Shown here: piece after piece, positions 1-13,232 of the stretch
How the letters are laid out: the number at the start of each line of letters is the position of its first letter
Position numbering within the stretch: the stretch's first letter is position 1
DNA from: Octopus sinensis
Taxonomy: Eukaryota
Assembly: GCF_006345805.1 (NCBI RefSeq)
Contig: NC_042997.1
Span: 126,728,001-126,792,000 of the forward strand
Reading direction: 5' to 3'
DNA: 64,000 bases
Notes under the pieces: generated by a model
Told to the model about the DNA's origin: nothing
Seen by the model: the letters and a program-made list of their open reading frames with translations, nothing else
The model's database searches: none
Made by a program: the position numbers and the translations under genes

Positions 1-265
1 TGCTAAGTTACAGGGACATAAACACACCAGCATCGATTGTCAAGCAATGAGGGGGGGGACAAACACAGACACACAAACATACACACACACACACACACAT
101 ATGGCAGGCTTCTTCCAGTTTCCATCTACCAAATCCACTCACAAGGCTTTGGTCAGCCCGAGGCTATAGTAGAAGACACTTGCCAAAGGTGCTACGCAGT
201 GGGACTGAACCCAGAATCATGTGGTTTGTAAGCAAGCTACTTACCACACACCCACTCCTATGCCT
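1..265 (-). mobile_element. tRNA-derived SINE family A (CORE-like segment), partial
   Basis: Matches the many other copies in the window. On minus: tRNA-like head with B-box GGTTCAGTCCC, then CCTT(G/T)GGCAAGTG resembling the CORE domain, and an internal (TG/TA)n tract. Confidence 0.8.
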
Positions 266-267
266 AG

Positions 268-480
268 TGCTGAAAAGTTCCTGGCTTTGGGTAAAAGAAA
301 ATACAGAACGATCAGTTAATTATGATTTTATTCAACGTATTCCTCTCCTAGATTCAAACACTTACTGCAGTGGTCCTTCAGATTTATCAAGCCTTGTAAA
401 AGAAATCGGAAGGTTGAGCCTCCAACCAGGCCTTTTGCAACATCCTTAAGGCGAGGAATTTTTCAGCACCCCATTGTACA
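268..480. mobile_element. Tc1/mariner-type MITE
   Basis: Imperfect TIRs GTGCTGAAAAGTTCCTGGCTT / AAGGCGAGGAATTTTTCAGCACCCC, with the right end at TA. A second partial copy is at 40630-40711. Confidence 0.6.
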
Positions 481-1186
481 CGTCATGAAAACCAGGTACC
501 TAGTATTACAAGTCCTAGGGTTCAAGAAAAAAAATGAAAGCAAAAATTGCTAACAGAAGGTATTGAGAAACCATGGCTGAATCTTTCCCCACAAAATCAT
601 GAATCTCCAGACATTAAGTATGGAAATCCATAGTTACCAACACTTGTAAATAATCTATAAAAGAAAGAGAGAGAGAGAGGTAGAGAGGGAAAGAAAGGGT
701 GAGAGAGAGCAAGAGGAGAGAGATAGAGAGTGATCCGTAAGAAACATTACTGTACAATTAGACATTCATTCTAATTACTGGATGGTAATTAACCATGTTA
801 TATTAGAAAGAGTACTGAGTGCAATTTAAATTATTCAGCTGATATCCGTTATTTTTTAAATCTGACTAAAAGACCTGTTGAATAATAGCTTACAGCTGGT
901 ACATAATTCTGTGTATCTTACACACGATGAACATGCACACATGTGCATGCATGTATGCACATATGCTTGCACAGTTGTTCACACACTTTTACATACACAC
1001 ACATGAAACAGATATGATAAATTGGTATGTCTGTGTATGTAAAGTCTCACAAGAAAAAAAGTGAGAAAAGATTAGCTAAAATTATGATAGAGTGAAACTA
1101 TGCAAACTAAATAACAGGCTAAGATGAGGGAAAACTACATCCATTTGTCCATACATACATTAATATATACTCACAAGTACACACAC

Positions 1187-1263
<77 letters not shown>

Positions 1264-1368
1264 ATATGTATATGTATATAAATAAGGATAAGATCATTAT
1301 TTAAATATCAAACTTATCAGGTGGCCAGCATGGGAATAAAAACCTTCAAAGGTCATAATTATTATTAA

Positions 1369-1438
1369 AATTATAATTTAGGGTATCTAAGAGATACCAT
1401 TATTGTGGTGGTAACTCTTAGATACTTTAAATTATAAT

Positions 1439-1439
<1 letters not shown>
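1369..1439 (+). repeat. 71-nt hairpin (about 34-bp arms, G-U wobbles on + strand)
   Basis: AATTATAATTTAGGGTATCTAAGAGATACCATTA-ttg-TGGTGGTAACTCTTAGATACTTTAAATTATAATT. Confidence 0.8.
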
Positions 1440-1471
<32 letters not shown>

Positions 1472-1510
1472 TATATAATATATATATATATAATATATAT
1501 ATATATTATA

Positions 1511-1624
<114 letters not shown>

Positions 1625-1699
1625 ATATATATAGTAGCTGCTTTCTGTATTTGAGCAAAGCTGTTGCTTGAAAGAAGCATTGAAATGAGTCATTGATGA

Positions 1700-1890
1700 T
1701 GCAATGTGAGGTCCTTGTATAACCTTTGAACCTGGCCAAAGATCTGCACATTCTGTTGCATAATGTGCAGGTGTGCTGGCTGGCAGAGGGAACAGTTGCC
1801 ATAGTATGAAGTCTTTCGACATGCCTTTTCAATCCTCCAAGTGAAAGGCATACCTTTCCACAGGTTGCACATGTTCTGTTGCAAACAATA
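1700..1890 (-). pseudogene. Degenerate tandem C2H2 zinc-finger fragment, probably the C-terminus of an RTE/BovB-type LINE ORF
   Basis: CATCGKVCLSLGGLKRHVERLH and CTLCNRMCRSLARFKGYTRTSH in ORF 1530..1991. Confidence 0.5.
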
Positions 1891-1977
1891 GCTGTATCAC
1901 AATTTACAAGGGGTTCATTCCTGTGAATTTTCTGATGGCTGACCAGGCCTGCATGACTCCAGCATGAAAAGGGATTG

Positions 1978-2795
1978 GGGGACCCTGTCAAAGGCTTTCT
2001 CCAAGTCTACAAAAGCTAAGTAGAGGGGTTTATCTTTAGCTAGGTACTTCTCCTGCAGTTGTCGAACCAGGAATATGGCATCAGTGGTGCTTCTACCCGG
2101 AACAAAACCGAACGGTATCTGGTCTAAGCAGACTCTCTCCCTAATGAGATGGGCTATGGCCCTCTCCGTGACCTTCATCTCCTGATCCAGCAGTTTGATA
2201 CCCTTGTAGTTATTTCTATCTAGAGCATCATCTTTACCCTTGTAGCAGTTAATTATGGTGCTGCTACGCCAGTCACTGGGTATGACTCCATTACGAACAA
2301 CCTGGTTTATAATGTGGTGACTAAGCCATAACCCACACCACCAGATGTTTTAATCATCTCAGCAGTGATTCCTGATGAGCCGGGGGCTTTTCCTGGCTTC
2401 ATATTCTTAATTGCTTAATCTACTTGGGAGCTGTCTATTGGGATAGCTGGTCCCTCTACTCATCATCATTGTTCGACCGTGGTCGAGACAATGGAATTTA
2501 CTATGTTACGCCAGACTTCACGGTCCATCATAGCATTATGGAGGTCCTGTTGCTGGATGCCTGTATCCCTGGAGATTACATCAGGGTAGGAGAGTGTGCG
2601 CCCTAGGCTCTCCTCCTCCCATTCATTCTCCACATTCAGCAGTCATTCATAATAGCTTCTCCAAGCCTCTTTCTATTCAGAAACATTAAAAGCAAATGCA
2701 CCACCATCCATGCAGATGCATTTCTCTCCTGTGACATCACAATTTTCTCTCACACACTGTCTAGCAATCTGAAATACCTCAGTTCTTTGGTCCTC
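1978..2795 (-). mobile_element. RTE-clade LINE reverse transcriptase fragment (N-terminal RT motifs), decayed
   Basis: KAPGSSGITAEMIK, IPSDWRSSTIINCYKGK, GFVPGRSTTDAIFLVRQLQEKYL, LAFVDLEKAFDRVP. Confidence 0.9.
2461..2606 (-). mobile_element. 3' end of a second RTE-like LINE nested in the RT fragment
   Basis: Minus strand reads GRTLSYPDVISRDTGIQQQDLHNAMMDREVWRNIVNSIVSTTVEQ-stop followed by a (TGA)n tail, interrupting the host RT sequence. Confidence 0.7.
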
Positions 2796-2906
2796 ATATA
2801 TATATATATATATATGAGTTACAATGGTGAAATCGAAATCTATGTAGGGAATTAATGCTATAAACTTGTGTTTATCACAATTTCCTCTCTCTCCCTCCCT
2901 CTTTCG

Positions 2907-2940
<34 letters not shown>

Positions 2941-3265
2941 CATCATCATCATCATCATCATCATTTACCATTCGTTGTCCATGCTGGTATGGGTTGAATA
3001 GTTTGACTAGGGCTGGCAAGCTGGAAGGCTGCACCAGACCCCAGTCTGATTTGGCATGGTTTCTACAGCTGGATACCCTTCCTTACACCAACCACTCCGA
3101 GAATATAATGGGTGCTTTTATATGCCACCGGCACAGGTGCCATTTGTGTGATTCCGGTATCTGCCAAGACTGTGATTTTGCTCGGCTTCATAGGATTCCT
3201 TCTCAAGTATGACAAATAGTCATTGCCTCCATTAGGCCCAATGCTCAAAAGGAGCTCAATAAATA

Positions 3266-3667
3266 TATCTCTTTTACTTTTTTACTCTTTTACTTGTTTC
3301 AGTCGTTTGACTGTGGCCATGCTAGAGCACCGCCTTTAATCGAGCAAATCGACCCCAGGACTTATTCTTTGTAAGCCTAGTACTTATTCTATCGGTCTCT
3401 TATGCCGAACTGCTAAGTTACGGGGACGTAAACACACCAGTATCTGTTGTCAAGTGATGTTGGGTAGACAAACACAGACACACAAACATATACACACATA
3501 TATATATATACATATATATGACAGGCTTCTTTCAGTTTCTGTCTACCAAATCCACTCACAAGGCTTTGGTCGACCCGAGGCTATAGTAGAAGGCACTTGC
3601 CCAAGGTGCGACGCAGTGGGACTGAACCTGGAACCATGTGGTTGGTAAACAAGTTACCTACCACACT
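3266..3667 (-). mobile_element. SINE family A, near full length
   Basis: Head, CORE-like segment, internal microsatellite and (AGTAAAAG)n tail. Other copies include 8345-8735(-), 12815-13157(-), 14264-14675(+), 16065-16570(+), 26455-26835(+), 36015-36610(+), 39440-39780(+), 49365-49762(-) and 55690-56282(-). Confidence 0.85.
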
Positions 3668-3921
3668 ATATATGATGAACTTCATTTAGTTTCGGTCTAT
3701 GAAATGCACTCACAAGACTTTGGCTAGCCTGGGATTTTATAGTAGAAGACATTTGCTCAAGTTACTGCACTATGGAACCTGAACCTGGACCCAGGTGATT
3801 GAATAGCAAACTTTGTAACCATACAGCTATCCATACCCCTTGCCACACACACACACACAAAATGTATCTATTAACAAAGTGTCTCAGTAAATCTAATCCT
3901 GTCATTGTTTCTTTTCTAAAG

Positions 3922-4138
3922 CCATAATGTCCTCAGTGAGTTGCTGAAGAAACAAGGTGCTGCAGTTCAAATTTTGGTATATGACTACGATAAACTGAAG
4001 CGTGATGATTTTGTAGGAGAAGCTGTGATCCCTTTATCATCAATCCCACAGCTGAATGGCAATGCTTTGGCCTTTGAGAGAACCCCTGGAATAATCCTTC
4101 CATTGAAGAGACCCTCTATGACAGAAGGACCGTTAAAA
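3922..4138 (+). CDS. Penultimate exon of a Munc13-4/BAIAP3-like protein (C-terminal half of the C2B domain)
   Basis: Acceptor ttcttttctaaAG at 3920-21 and donor AAA|GTGAGT at 4139. Reads HNVLSELLKKQGAAVQILVYDYDKLKRDDFVGEAVIPL..LPLKRP, with the C2 Ca-binding loop VYDYD..DDFVGE. Confidence 0.85.
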
Positions 4139-4323
4139 GTGAGTAACTCTTTGTAAAAACATGAAATTTAGTGTTGTTGTTGTTGTAGTGGTGCCATTTC
4201 TTCACATGAATACAATGGACAAAGTACAGAATCCTAACAATGTCTGGCAAAATTGCTTAATGGTTTTCCTTCTGTCTTTGCATTCTGAGTTCAAATTTTG
4301 TTGAGATTGGCTTTATCTTTCAT

Positions 4324-4478
4324 CAGGGGTGGACTGAGAGTATTATGGGCCCTTGAGCATAACTGTTTACCGGCCCCTTAGGATTGATATCACTAGAGTT
4401 AAAATGTAGAGTGTGGGCCTCTAAGAGTTCCAGGTTCTCGAGCAGTGCCTGATTGACCGATGGCTCAGTCCACCCCTG
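4324..4478. mobile_element. hAT-type MITE, 155 bp
   Basis: Perfect 15-bp TIRs CAGGGGTGGACTGAG / CTCAGTCCACCCCTG with an 8-bp TSD (TCTTTCAT / CCTTTCAT). It is inserted into a SINE B copy. Confidence 0.9.
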
Positions 4479-4694
4479 CCTTTCATCCTTTCGGGGGTTG
4501 ATAAGATGAGTTCCAGCTGAGCACTGGGATCACTCAAGTCAACTAGTCCTCTTCCTCCAGAATTTGATACACTGTCCCTATAGTAGAAAGAATTGGGGTT
4601 GCTGTGATTGACTAGCCCTTTCCTTCCTCTAAAATTTGCTGGCCTTGTGCCAAAATTAGAAACAAAAATTATTATTATTATTATTATTATTGAG

Positions 4695-4915
4695 GCATCA
4701 AGCTGGCAGAATCATTAGCATGCCAGCTGAAATGCTCAGCAGTATTTCGTCTGCCGCTACGTTCTGAGTTTAAATTTTGCCGAGGTCAATTTTGCCTTTC
4801 ATCCTTTTGGGTTCGATAAATTAAGTACCAGTGAAACATTGGGGTTTATGTAGTCGACTTAACCCCATCCTGCAAATTTTAGGCCTTGTGCCTATAGTAG
4901 AAAGGATTATCATTA
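4695..4915 (+). mobile_element. tRNA-derived SINE family B
   Basis: Consensus head GGC..GAGCTGGCAGAA..GTTAGC, GAGTTCAAATTCCGCCG box and body GCCTTTCATCCTTTCGGGGTCGATAAATTAAGTACCAG. Other copies are at 5811-6015(+), 11640-12735 (cluster), 14968-15387(-), 20272-20500(-), 42912-43145(-), 55470-55670(-) and 57537-57952(-). Confidence 0.8.
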
Positions 4916-4927
4916 TTATTATTATTG

Positions 4928-5480
4928 AGTGAGCGAGCAGAGCATGCCATCAAAGTGACACTGGGGTAAAATATACAAAGCCCAGTATACCCATCATGAC
5001 TACCCGTCTGATAAGGGTACACTAGGCACATGCATCACAACCATATGTGCGCGATATGGTGATCTCATATGAAGATAAACAGCACATGACCTTGCAGGTG
5101 GAGCCCAGTTAGAATTTTCTTCAGATCGAGTAACCCATCCTGCTCAAATGGTCCCTGAATAAGGGTTGTTTAAGGACGTTGAACGAAACACCCATGTTTC
5201 CTGAGGTGAATTATTCAAACCCCAAAGAATCCTTCTCAACACATGGCTATGATGCTCCCCCACTACTTCTGCTCGTGATCAGAGATGCACATATTGTCAG
5301 CCACTAAGGGATATGCTCAACTGGTTAAGGTCAAACAAATGACAAGCAAATCTGTGGTATTGAGCAGAATATTTGCTGTAGCCCATCTTTTATACCAAGA
5401 CAAAACAATGTACATGATAACACTTCCAATCAGTTAAGATCAGAAGCCATGAGAGCCACTGCCTGGTACTGCATCAGGGC

Positions 5481-5483
<3 letters not shown>
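4928..5483. mobile_element. Unclassified ~555-bp element inserted in (TAA)n
   Basis: High-complexity block with sharp boundaries, flanked on both sides by (ATT)n. No recognisable ORF. Confidence 0.45.
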
Positions 5484-5523
<40 letters not shown>

Positions 5524-5537
5524 GTTATTATTATTTT

Positions 5538-5733
5538 TCTATGTTTGACTTTTGCTTTACATTCGTACAAGTTGGCTCCAAGTCTCCCGGAGACCTCAAG
5601 AGACAACAAGTTGGAAGTTCATGTTGGTGGTATGCCTAGGGTGCCATATATTTGGTTTAGTGTTGTACTAGTGAATGCCTAAAAACACATACGAAAATTG
5701 TTTGTTTTATAACTTGAGATTACATAGAAAGTA

Positions 5734-5735
<2 letters not shown>
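5538..5735 (-). mobile_element. Probable 3' end of an R4/Dong-like retrotransposon in (TAA)n
   Basis: Minus strand starts ILSM-stop, then about 180 nt of UTR and (TAA)n. Dong elements are known to target TAA repeats. Confidence 0.4.
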
Positions 5736-5801
<66 letters not shown>

Positions 5802-6210
5802 CATTATTAAGGCGGTGAGCTGACAGAGCTGTTAGTGCAGTGGGAAAAATGCTAATCAACATTTCAGCTGTCCTTATGTTTTGAGTTCAAATGCCGCCAA
5901 GGTTGACTTCACCTTTCATCCTTTTGGGATGAGTACTGGGGGAGGGGATGCATTGTAATTGACTTACCCCTCCCCCAGACTTGTTGGCCTTGTGCCAACA
6001 TTAGAAATTTCTATCATTATAAATGGTAAATAGTATTCAATAGGAATTTTTTTCCTCTGAAATACTTCTTTCTTGAGGAATCATCTAAGTATTGTGCATT
6101 TGACATGTAATGTAAAAATATTTAACATATACAGTATGTGGGTGTTTTAGACAGTGTTTAAAAGTTTATGTTATGCAGAACTCAATAAGAAGCATAAATT
6201 CAAATATGTA

Positions 6211-6427
6211 TTGTTAGTGGTTAGTTGTCGGAGCACTGCATCCTTCAAAAGTTCCATGCTTTCTAAGATTCGCCAACACTACACCTGATTTTCTCCCCTC
6301 CATACACACAGAGGCATGTATCTGACTCATGCATTGTTCGCTTTCCAGACATTCGTACATTACTGCATATACTCTGACAAGTTGTGGTGCACTTGAGCAC
6401 TGTATACAATAATTTCATTATTATTAT
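6211..6427 (+). mobile_element. CR1/L2-type LINE 3' end
   Basis: VVSCRSTASFKSSMLSKIRQHYT-stop, then UTR and (ATT)n tail. Homologous to 23397-23667(-). Confidence 0.7.
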
Positions 6428-6767
6428 ATTCTGAAAGGTTAGAGTTACTTGTAGTTTTCACCCTGATTTCTCATATATACACAGACAAAAACAGTCACTG
6501 TATTCAAGGAATAGTAATTAATTTTGCTAGTGCCACATAAAAAGCACCCCTGATGGTATCACGCAATAAGCATATGTACTGGTGCCTCGTAAAAGCATGC
6601 AGTAGATATTGTAAAGTGGTTGGTGTTAGGAAGGGCATCCAGCTGTAGACACATTGCCAAAACAGACAGCAGGAACCTAGAACAGCTCTCCAGCTTGCAA
6701 GCAGCTGTCAAACTATCCTATCCATACCAGCATGGAAAACAGACATTAAATGAGGATGATGATGAAG

Positions 6768-6844
<77 letters not shown>

Positions 6845-7849
6845 ATGTGTGTGTGTGTGTGCATGTGTGTGTGTGTGTGTATGTATACATACATACACAC
6901 ACATACATGCACAAACACAGGCAGACAGACACAGACACTCACACACACATAGAGATAGATAGATAGATAGATGTAAGTGTGGCTGTGTAGAAAGAAGTTT
7001 GCTTTCCCAGCACTTGGTTCTGGATTCAGTCTCACTGATGGCAAATTGGGAAAGAGTCTTCTAACTTTCACCATGAGCTGACTAAAGCCTTGGTAGGTGG
7101 AAACTGAAAGAAGCCCATTGTATATATATATATAGTTAGAGAGAAAGAAAAAGTCATGCATTTTCATTCACTGTTCAACATGCTTCTAAACTTGCCAGGC
7201 TGAAGGCGCCAAATTATATATATATATATATACATATATTCAGAGAGAGAGAGATAGAGAGAGAGAGATAGAGAGAGAGAGAGGAGAGCAGTTAAAAAAC
7301 TAAGCTTCTATGCGTGTTGAATAATCATTGTTTAAATAAAACATCAACAATTTGCTTTCATACAAAATAAATGGTAAGGGCGAGCAAGATGACTAATGTT
7401 TATTTTTAAAATTACTGTGGTTAATACTGAACTAGTTCCATGTTTAATAGACAAATTAAACAAATCAATTTTTAAAAAAAATTAATTTAATTTGAATTTG
7501 TTATATTACAATCATCAGTAGGTAGTATACTCCCATGTTTTTGCAAAACAAACAAAAACATAACTTAAAATATATTTGCCGTTATTAATCCACCGTAATT
7601 TGTAATTGAAGGTACACAAGGAAAAGAGTTGATGGTTTATTTAAACATTGATCATTCAACACGCATGGAAACTTAGTTTTTAACTGATCTCCTCTCTCTC
7701 TATATCTATATATATACACATATAAATACACTCATACATATATCTATGTGTGTATTTGTGTGTTCCTCAAAACCACTTGACAATTGGTATTGGTTTGTTT
7801 ACATCCCCATATGTTAGCAGTTCAGCAAAAGAGACTGATAGGATAAGGT

Positions 7850-8135
7850 TGTTCCTTCTTGAGCCACGCCTGGCTCATTAGGGCTGGTTTCCTGGTTTCC
7901 TTGGTGTATATGTTCCCCACCTGGATGAGACACCAGTCCGTCGCAGGTGAGCTGCAAGATGCAGGAGGAAAGAGTGAGAGAAAGTTGTTGCGAAAGAGTC
8001 AGCAGAAGTTCGCTATTACCTTCTGCTGGAGACGTGTGGAGCTTAGGTGTTTTGCTCATAAACATACACATCGCCTGGTCTGAGATTTGAACTCGCGATC
8101 CCTCGACCGCAAGTCCACTGCTCTAACCCCTAGGC
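7850..8135 (-). mobile_element. tRNA-derived SINE family C variant inserted in a SINE A copy
   Basis: Homologous to 33755-34051(-). Head GCCTAG(T/G)GGTTAGAGCAG..GGAC and GAGTTCAAATCTC box. Confidence 0.75.
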
Positions 8136-9535
8136 AATGTGATAAGTACCAGACTTTAAAAGTGTAATTTCTGGGGCTGATTTCCTCAACTGAACCCTTG
8201 AAGGCAGTGCTCCAGCATGGCTACTGTCTAATGACTGAAAGATAAAAACAGACAGGCAGACACACACACACACACACAAACACACACCAACACACACAAA
8301 CACACCACATCTATACTTATATATATATATGTCTTTTTTCATTTTCTTATTTCTACTTGTTTTAGTCGTCAGACTGTGACCATGCTGGGGCACTACCTTG
8401 AAGAATTTTAGTCAACCGAATCGACGCCTAGAATTTACTGCTATTTTTTAAAGCCTGGTACTTACTTTATCAGTCTCTTTTAGCTGAATTGCTAAGTTAT
8501 GGGGATGTAAACACACCAACACCGGTTGTCAAATTGTGGAGGACAAACACTGACACAAAGACACACACACACACACATGACAGGTTTCTTTCAGTTTCCA
8601 TCTACCAAATCCACTCATAAGGTTTCAGTTGGCCCACTACTATAGCAGAAGGCACATACTAAAGGTGCCATGCAGTGGGACTGAACCTGGAACCATGTGG
8701 TTAGGAAGTAAACTTCTTACCAGATAGCCACACACACACATACACATACATGAATTCGACCAGAAGCCAGTTGTTTCACTTGTCAATGACCTTCAGGTGC
8801 TTTAACATCCAGCACAATGAGGGAGCCATCCCTCAACTAGAATACCACTGCAAACTGGTGAACAAACACAACACATACAGTGAGTATGTGTATTCATCGA
8901 TATTCCTCTCTGTGCCTGGGAGATCTTGCATCCCTGCTGTAAGGCTTCAGTTCCACACACACCAGCTTAATTCAATTCGTCCTTAGTCGAAAGACACCTG
9001 TTGTTATGTCCTGTTATTATTTTTATTGTATTTGTGTAACATTGTCCGTTTTTTTCCGTCCTTGTTTTTGTATACATTTGCTGCTTTCTTCCAAGGAATC
9101 TAATGCTCTTAGCTTAGTTTTTCCTTGGGGCTGGCCTCATTGGAGCAATCTCCCATTTTTTTATCACTTAACTGTCCGGATGTTTTGCGTTTCTGGCACA
9201 TTTTGTATTTTATATATATATAACGTATGAAGGTTTGGTATTTTTTTGCCAAACAACCACACAGATGATTTGTTTATAGTGATCAAATGTTTGTGTACAC
9301 GCAAGCTCACTTCCTTCATCAAATCGATATTACCTGTACAGGTACACCATATGCCACATGTCAGATGACAAAACGATTGCAGAGCAACATGAAATGAAGT
9401 GCTTTGCTCAAGAGCATAAAGCAACGGTTAGTCTGGGAATCAAACACATGATCTAGCAATCATGAGTGCAAGACCCTAACCACAAAGCCATCAATACACA
9501 CACACATACACACGCACATACGCACATATATGTGC

Positions 9536-9569
<34 letters not shown>

Positions 9570-10264
9570 GTATGTATGTATATGTATGTATATCATCATC
9601 GTTTAACATCTGTTTTCCATGCAGGCATGGGTTGGATAGTTTGACTGGGGACTGGCAAGCCAGTAGGCTGCACCAGGCTCCAATCTGATCTGGCAGTATT
9701 TCTATAGCTGGATGCCCTTCCTAATGCCAACCACTCCAAGAGTGTAGCAGGTGCTTTTTATGCGCCACTGGCATGGGAGCCAGTTAGGCGGCACTGGCAT
9801 CGGCCATGTTTGGATGGTGCTTTTTACATGCTACCAGCTCAGAAGCCAGTCAGGGCGTTGGTAGTGGGGCTGGCATTGACCACGTTTGGATGGTACATTT
9901 TTACATGTCACTGGCATGGAGAGCCAGTCAGGTGGCACTGACAATGATCCACACATTCATGGTGCTTATTGCATGCCACTAGCATGGGAGCCAGTCAGGC
10001 AGGACTGGCATCAGCCACAACTACAATTTCCATTTGATTGTGATTTGATTTTGATTTTGATTTTGATTTTACTTGACTCAATAGGTCTCCTCAAGCATGG
10101 AATGTCACCCGATGATTCAGAGGTATTTTTTTAAATGGGCTGGTTATGCGACAATGGTGTAGGCTACAGCTGTGATTTCATTTTACTTGCTGGGTCTTCT
10201 CAATCACAGCATATCATTGCCTCATGTATATATATATATATACACACATATATAATACTAAATA

Positions 10265-10299
<35 letters not shown>

Positions 10300-10364
10300 T
10301 ATGTAATACTAAATGATATATTATATATATATATACATATATCTTATTTATTATTTACTATTGC

Positions 10365-10915
10365 ATCATCATCATCATCACCGATTAACGTCCGTTTTCC
10401 ATGCTGGCATGGGTTTGACAGTTTGCCTGAAGTCTGGAGAGCCAGCAGCTGCACCAGGCTTCAATCTGTTCTGGCAGAGTTTCTACAGCTGGATGCCCTT
10501 GCTAACGCCAACCACTCCAAGAGTATAGTGGATATTTTTTTCCATGTCACTGACACTGGGACCAGTAAGGTGGGCCTGGCAACGGTCATGTTGGATGGTG
10601 CTCTTTACGTGCCACTGGCATGGGAGCCAGTCATGGGGCACCAGCCCCAGCTATGATATTGGTTTTACTTGACTCAACAGTTGTTCTCTAGCATATAATA
10701 TTGCCCGATGCATCAGGAGTATTCTTAACATGGCTTGACATGCATGGTTGCAATCTCACTTTAGTTGTGGGCCTTCTCAATGACAGCATATCTCCAAAGG
10801 TCCTGGTCTCCTGTCACTGCCTCTGTGAGGCCCAATGTTCGAAGGTCATGCTTCACCAACTCATCCCATGTCTTCTTGGGTCTACCTTTTTCACAGGTCC
10901 CTTCTACAGTTAGGG
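10365..10915 (-). mobile_element. RTE LINE 3' end (ORF C-terminus, 3'UTR and (GAT)n tail)
   Basis: VEGTCEKGRPKKTWDELVKHDLRTLGL. The UTR block GGAAGGGCATCCAGCTGTAGAAAC is shared with about 20 copies, including 2940-3250, 6530-6770, 9593-10205, 18085-18330, 20805-21205, 22486-22905, 25632-26282, 36662-37098, 40295-40518 and 49832-50498. Confidence 0.85.
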
Positions 10916-11113
10916 AGGGTTTCGACCTCAAACCCACAAGAGTAAACAAGAGAGACAGAGACAGGCAGAAACAAAGAAAATGCCCCTTGTATTTGAATAC
11001 TATGCAAATATTCTTTTAAAAAACTTTCCATTTAATTTCTCCAAAATTTAATTGTTTTCCATACTTCAATGACTGAAATGTTTTTCATAAAATTATTTTA
11101 GCATTTTCTACCT

Positions 11114-11218
<105 letters not shown>

Positions 11219-13200
11219 CATATATATATATACATACACACACACATACATATATATATATATATTATATATATATGCATATATATATATACATATGTAA
11301 GTGTAATGCATAAATATTTAATATATAAGTAGGTGTTTCAGACATTGATTAAAAGATTATGTTATGCAGAACTTAATAAGAAATGTAAACTCAAATATGC
11401 ATATCTTTATATTATTCTGAAAGGTGACAGTTATTTATAGGTTTCACTTTGCTGTCTCATTTATATACAGACAAAACAGTTATTATATTTTATGAAGTTG
11501 TTTTTGATTCGTCTTTGTTGTTTTTTTTTTGTTGGTTTCAGATTAATTTTTAGAAACCTACAATGTTTGCTTGATTATTCGTTCTGGCACTTGGACACAT
11601 TGGGTTAATTGAATATTTTGGTATTTTCTAAAAGTCAAGTGGTGAGCTAGCAGAATTGTTAGCTTATCAGGCAAGATGCTTAGCAGCATTTCATCTTCAA
11701 TTTACGCTCTGAATTCAAATTTCATTGTGGTCATCTTTATGTTTTATCCTTTCAGAGCTGATTAAAAAAAAAAAGAAGTACCAGTTGAATACTGTGGTCA
11801 ATGTAATCAGTTTATTTAATCACCTTAAATTGCTGGTCTTGGGACAATTATTCTTTACAACAGACTCAAAATTTTGGGGAAGGGGGGCCAGTCAGTTGAT
11901 TAGATTGACTCCAGTACACAACTGGTACTTAATTTATTGGCCTTCAAAGGATGAAAGGCAAAGTCAACTTTGGCAGAATTTGAAGATGGCGAAATACCAC
12001 GAAGCATTTCGCTCGGTGTGCTAATGTTTCTTATTTCTTTATTGCCCACGAGGGGCTAAACATAGAGGGGACAAACAAGGACACACAAAGGGGTCAAGTC
12101 GATTACATCGACCCAAGTGCGTAACTGATACTTAATTTATCAACCCTGAAAGGATGAAAGGCAAAGTTGACCTCAGCGGAATTTGAACTCAGAACTTAAA
12201 GATGGACGAAATGCCACTAATGTTTCTGCCAGCTCGTCACCTTCAAACCAGTGTCATAGCACTTTCTTTTCTACTCTAGGCGCAAAGCCTGAAATTTTGA
12301 GGAAGAGGGCCAGTCGATTAGATCGACCTCAGTACACAACTGGTACTTAATTTATTGACCGCCAAAAGGATTAAAGGCACAGTTGACCTCAACGGAATTT
12401 GAACTCAGAACATAAAGACAGACAAAATACCACCTAGCATTTCGCCTGGCGTGCTAACATTGGCCTTGAAACCATTATTATCATTATAGTGATAATAATA
12501 GTTTAAAACCATTATTATCATTATAAAGGTGGTGAGCTGGTAGAATCATTAGCACGCCAGGCAAGCTGCTTAGCTGTCTTTCATCCATCTTTACATTTTT
12601 TAGTTCAAATTCCACTGAGGTTGTCTTTACCATTCATCATTTTTGAAGTTTATAAACTAAATAACATTTGATTACCGTGGCTGTAACTAACTTATGGTAT
12701 CTCCTGAAATTTCTGGTCTTGAGCCAAAATTTGAAACCATAGCTGGAATGAGGTTTTAGCATTCTGTTTCATACTTCTTGTTCTGTGTTCAAATCCTATA
12801 TTTGCATTATCATTACTCTTTACTCTTTACTCTTTTACTTGTTTCAGTCATTTGACTGCGGCCATGCTGGAGCACCGCCTTTAATCGAGCAACTCGACCC
12901 CGTGACTTATTCTTTTGTAAGCCCAGTACTTATTCTATCGGTCTCTTTTGCCGAACCGCTAAGTAATGGGGACATAAACACACCAGCATCGGTTGTCAAG
13001 CAATGCTACGGGGACAAACACAGACACACAAACACACACATGCACATATATATATACATATATACGACGGGCTTCTTTCAGTTTCTGTCTACCAAATCCA
13101 CTCACAAGGCTTTGGTTGGCCCGAGGCTATAGTAGAAGACACTTGCCCAAGGTGCCACACAAACCGTCCAACCCATGCCAGCATGGACAACATATGCTAA

Positions 13201-13232
<32 letters not shown>

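Noticed and set aside
1311-1355. Minus-strand CUGAUAA with upstream GAAG as another permuted hammerhead
   Set aside because: Both boxes deviate from consensus and no cleavage-site strand was found.
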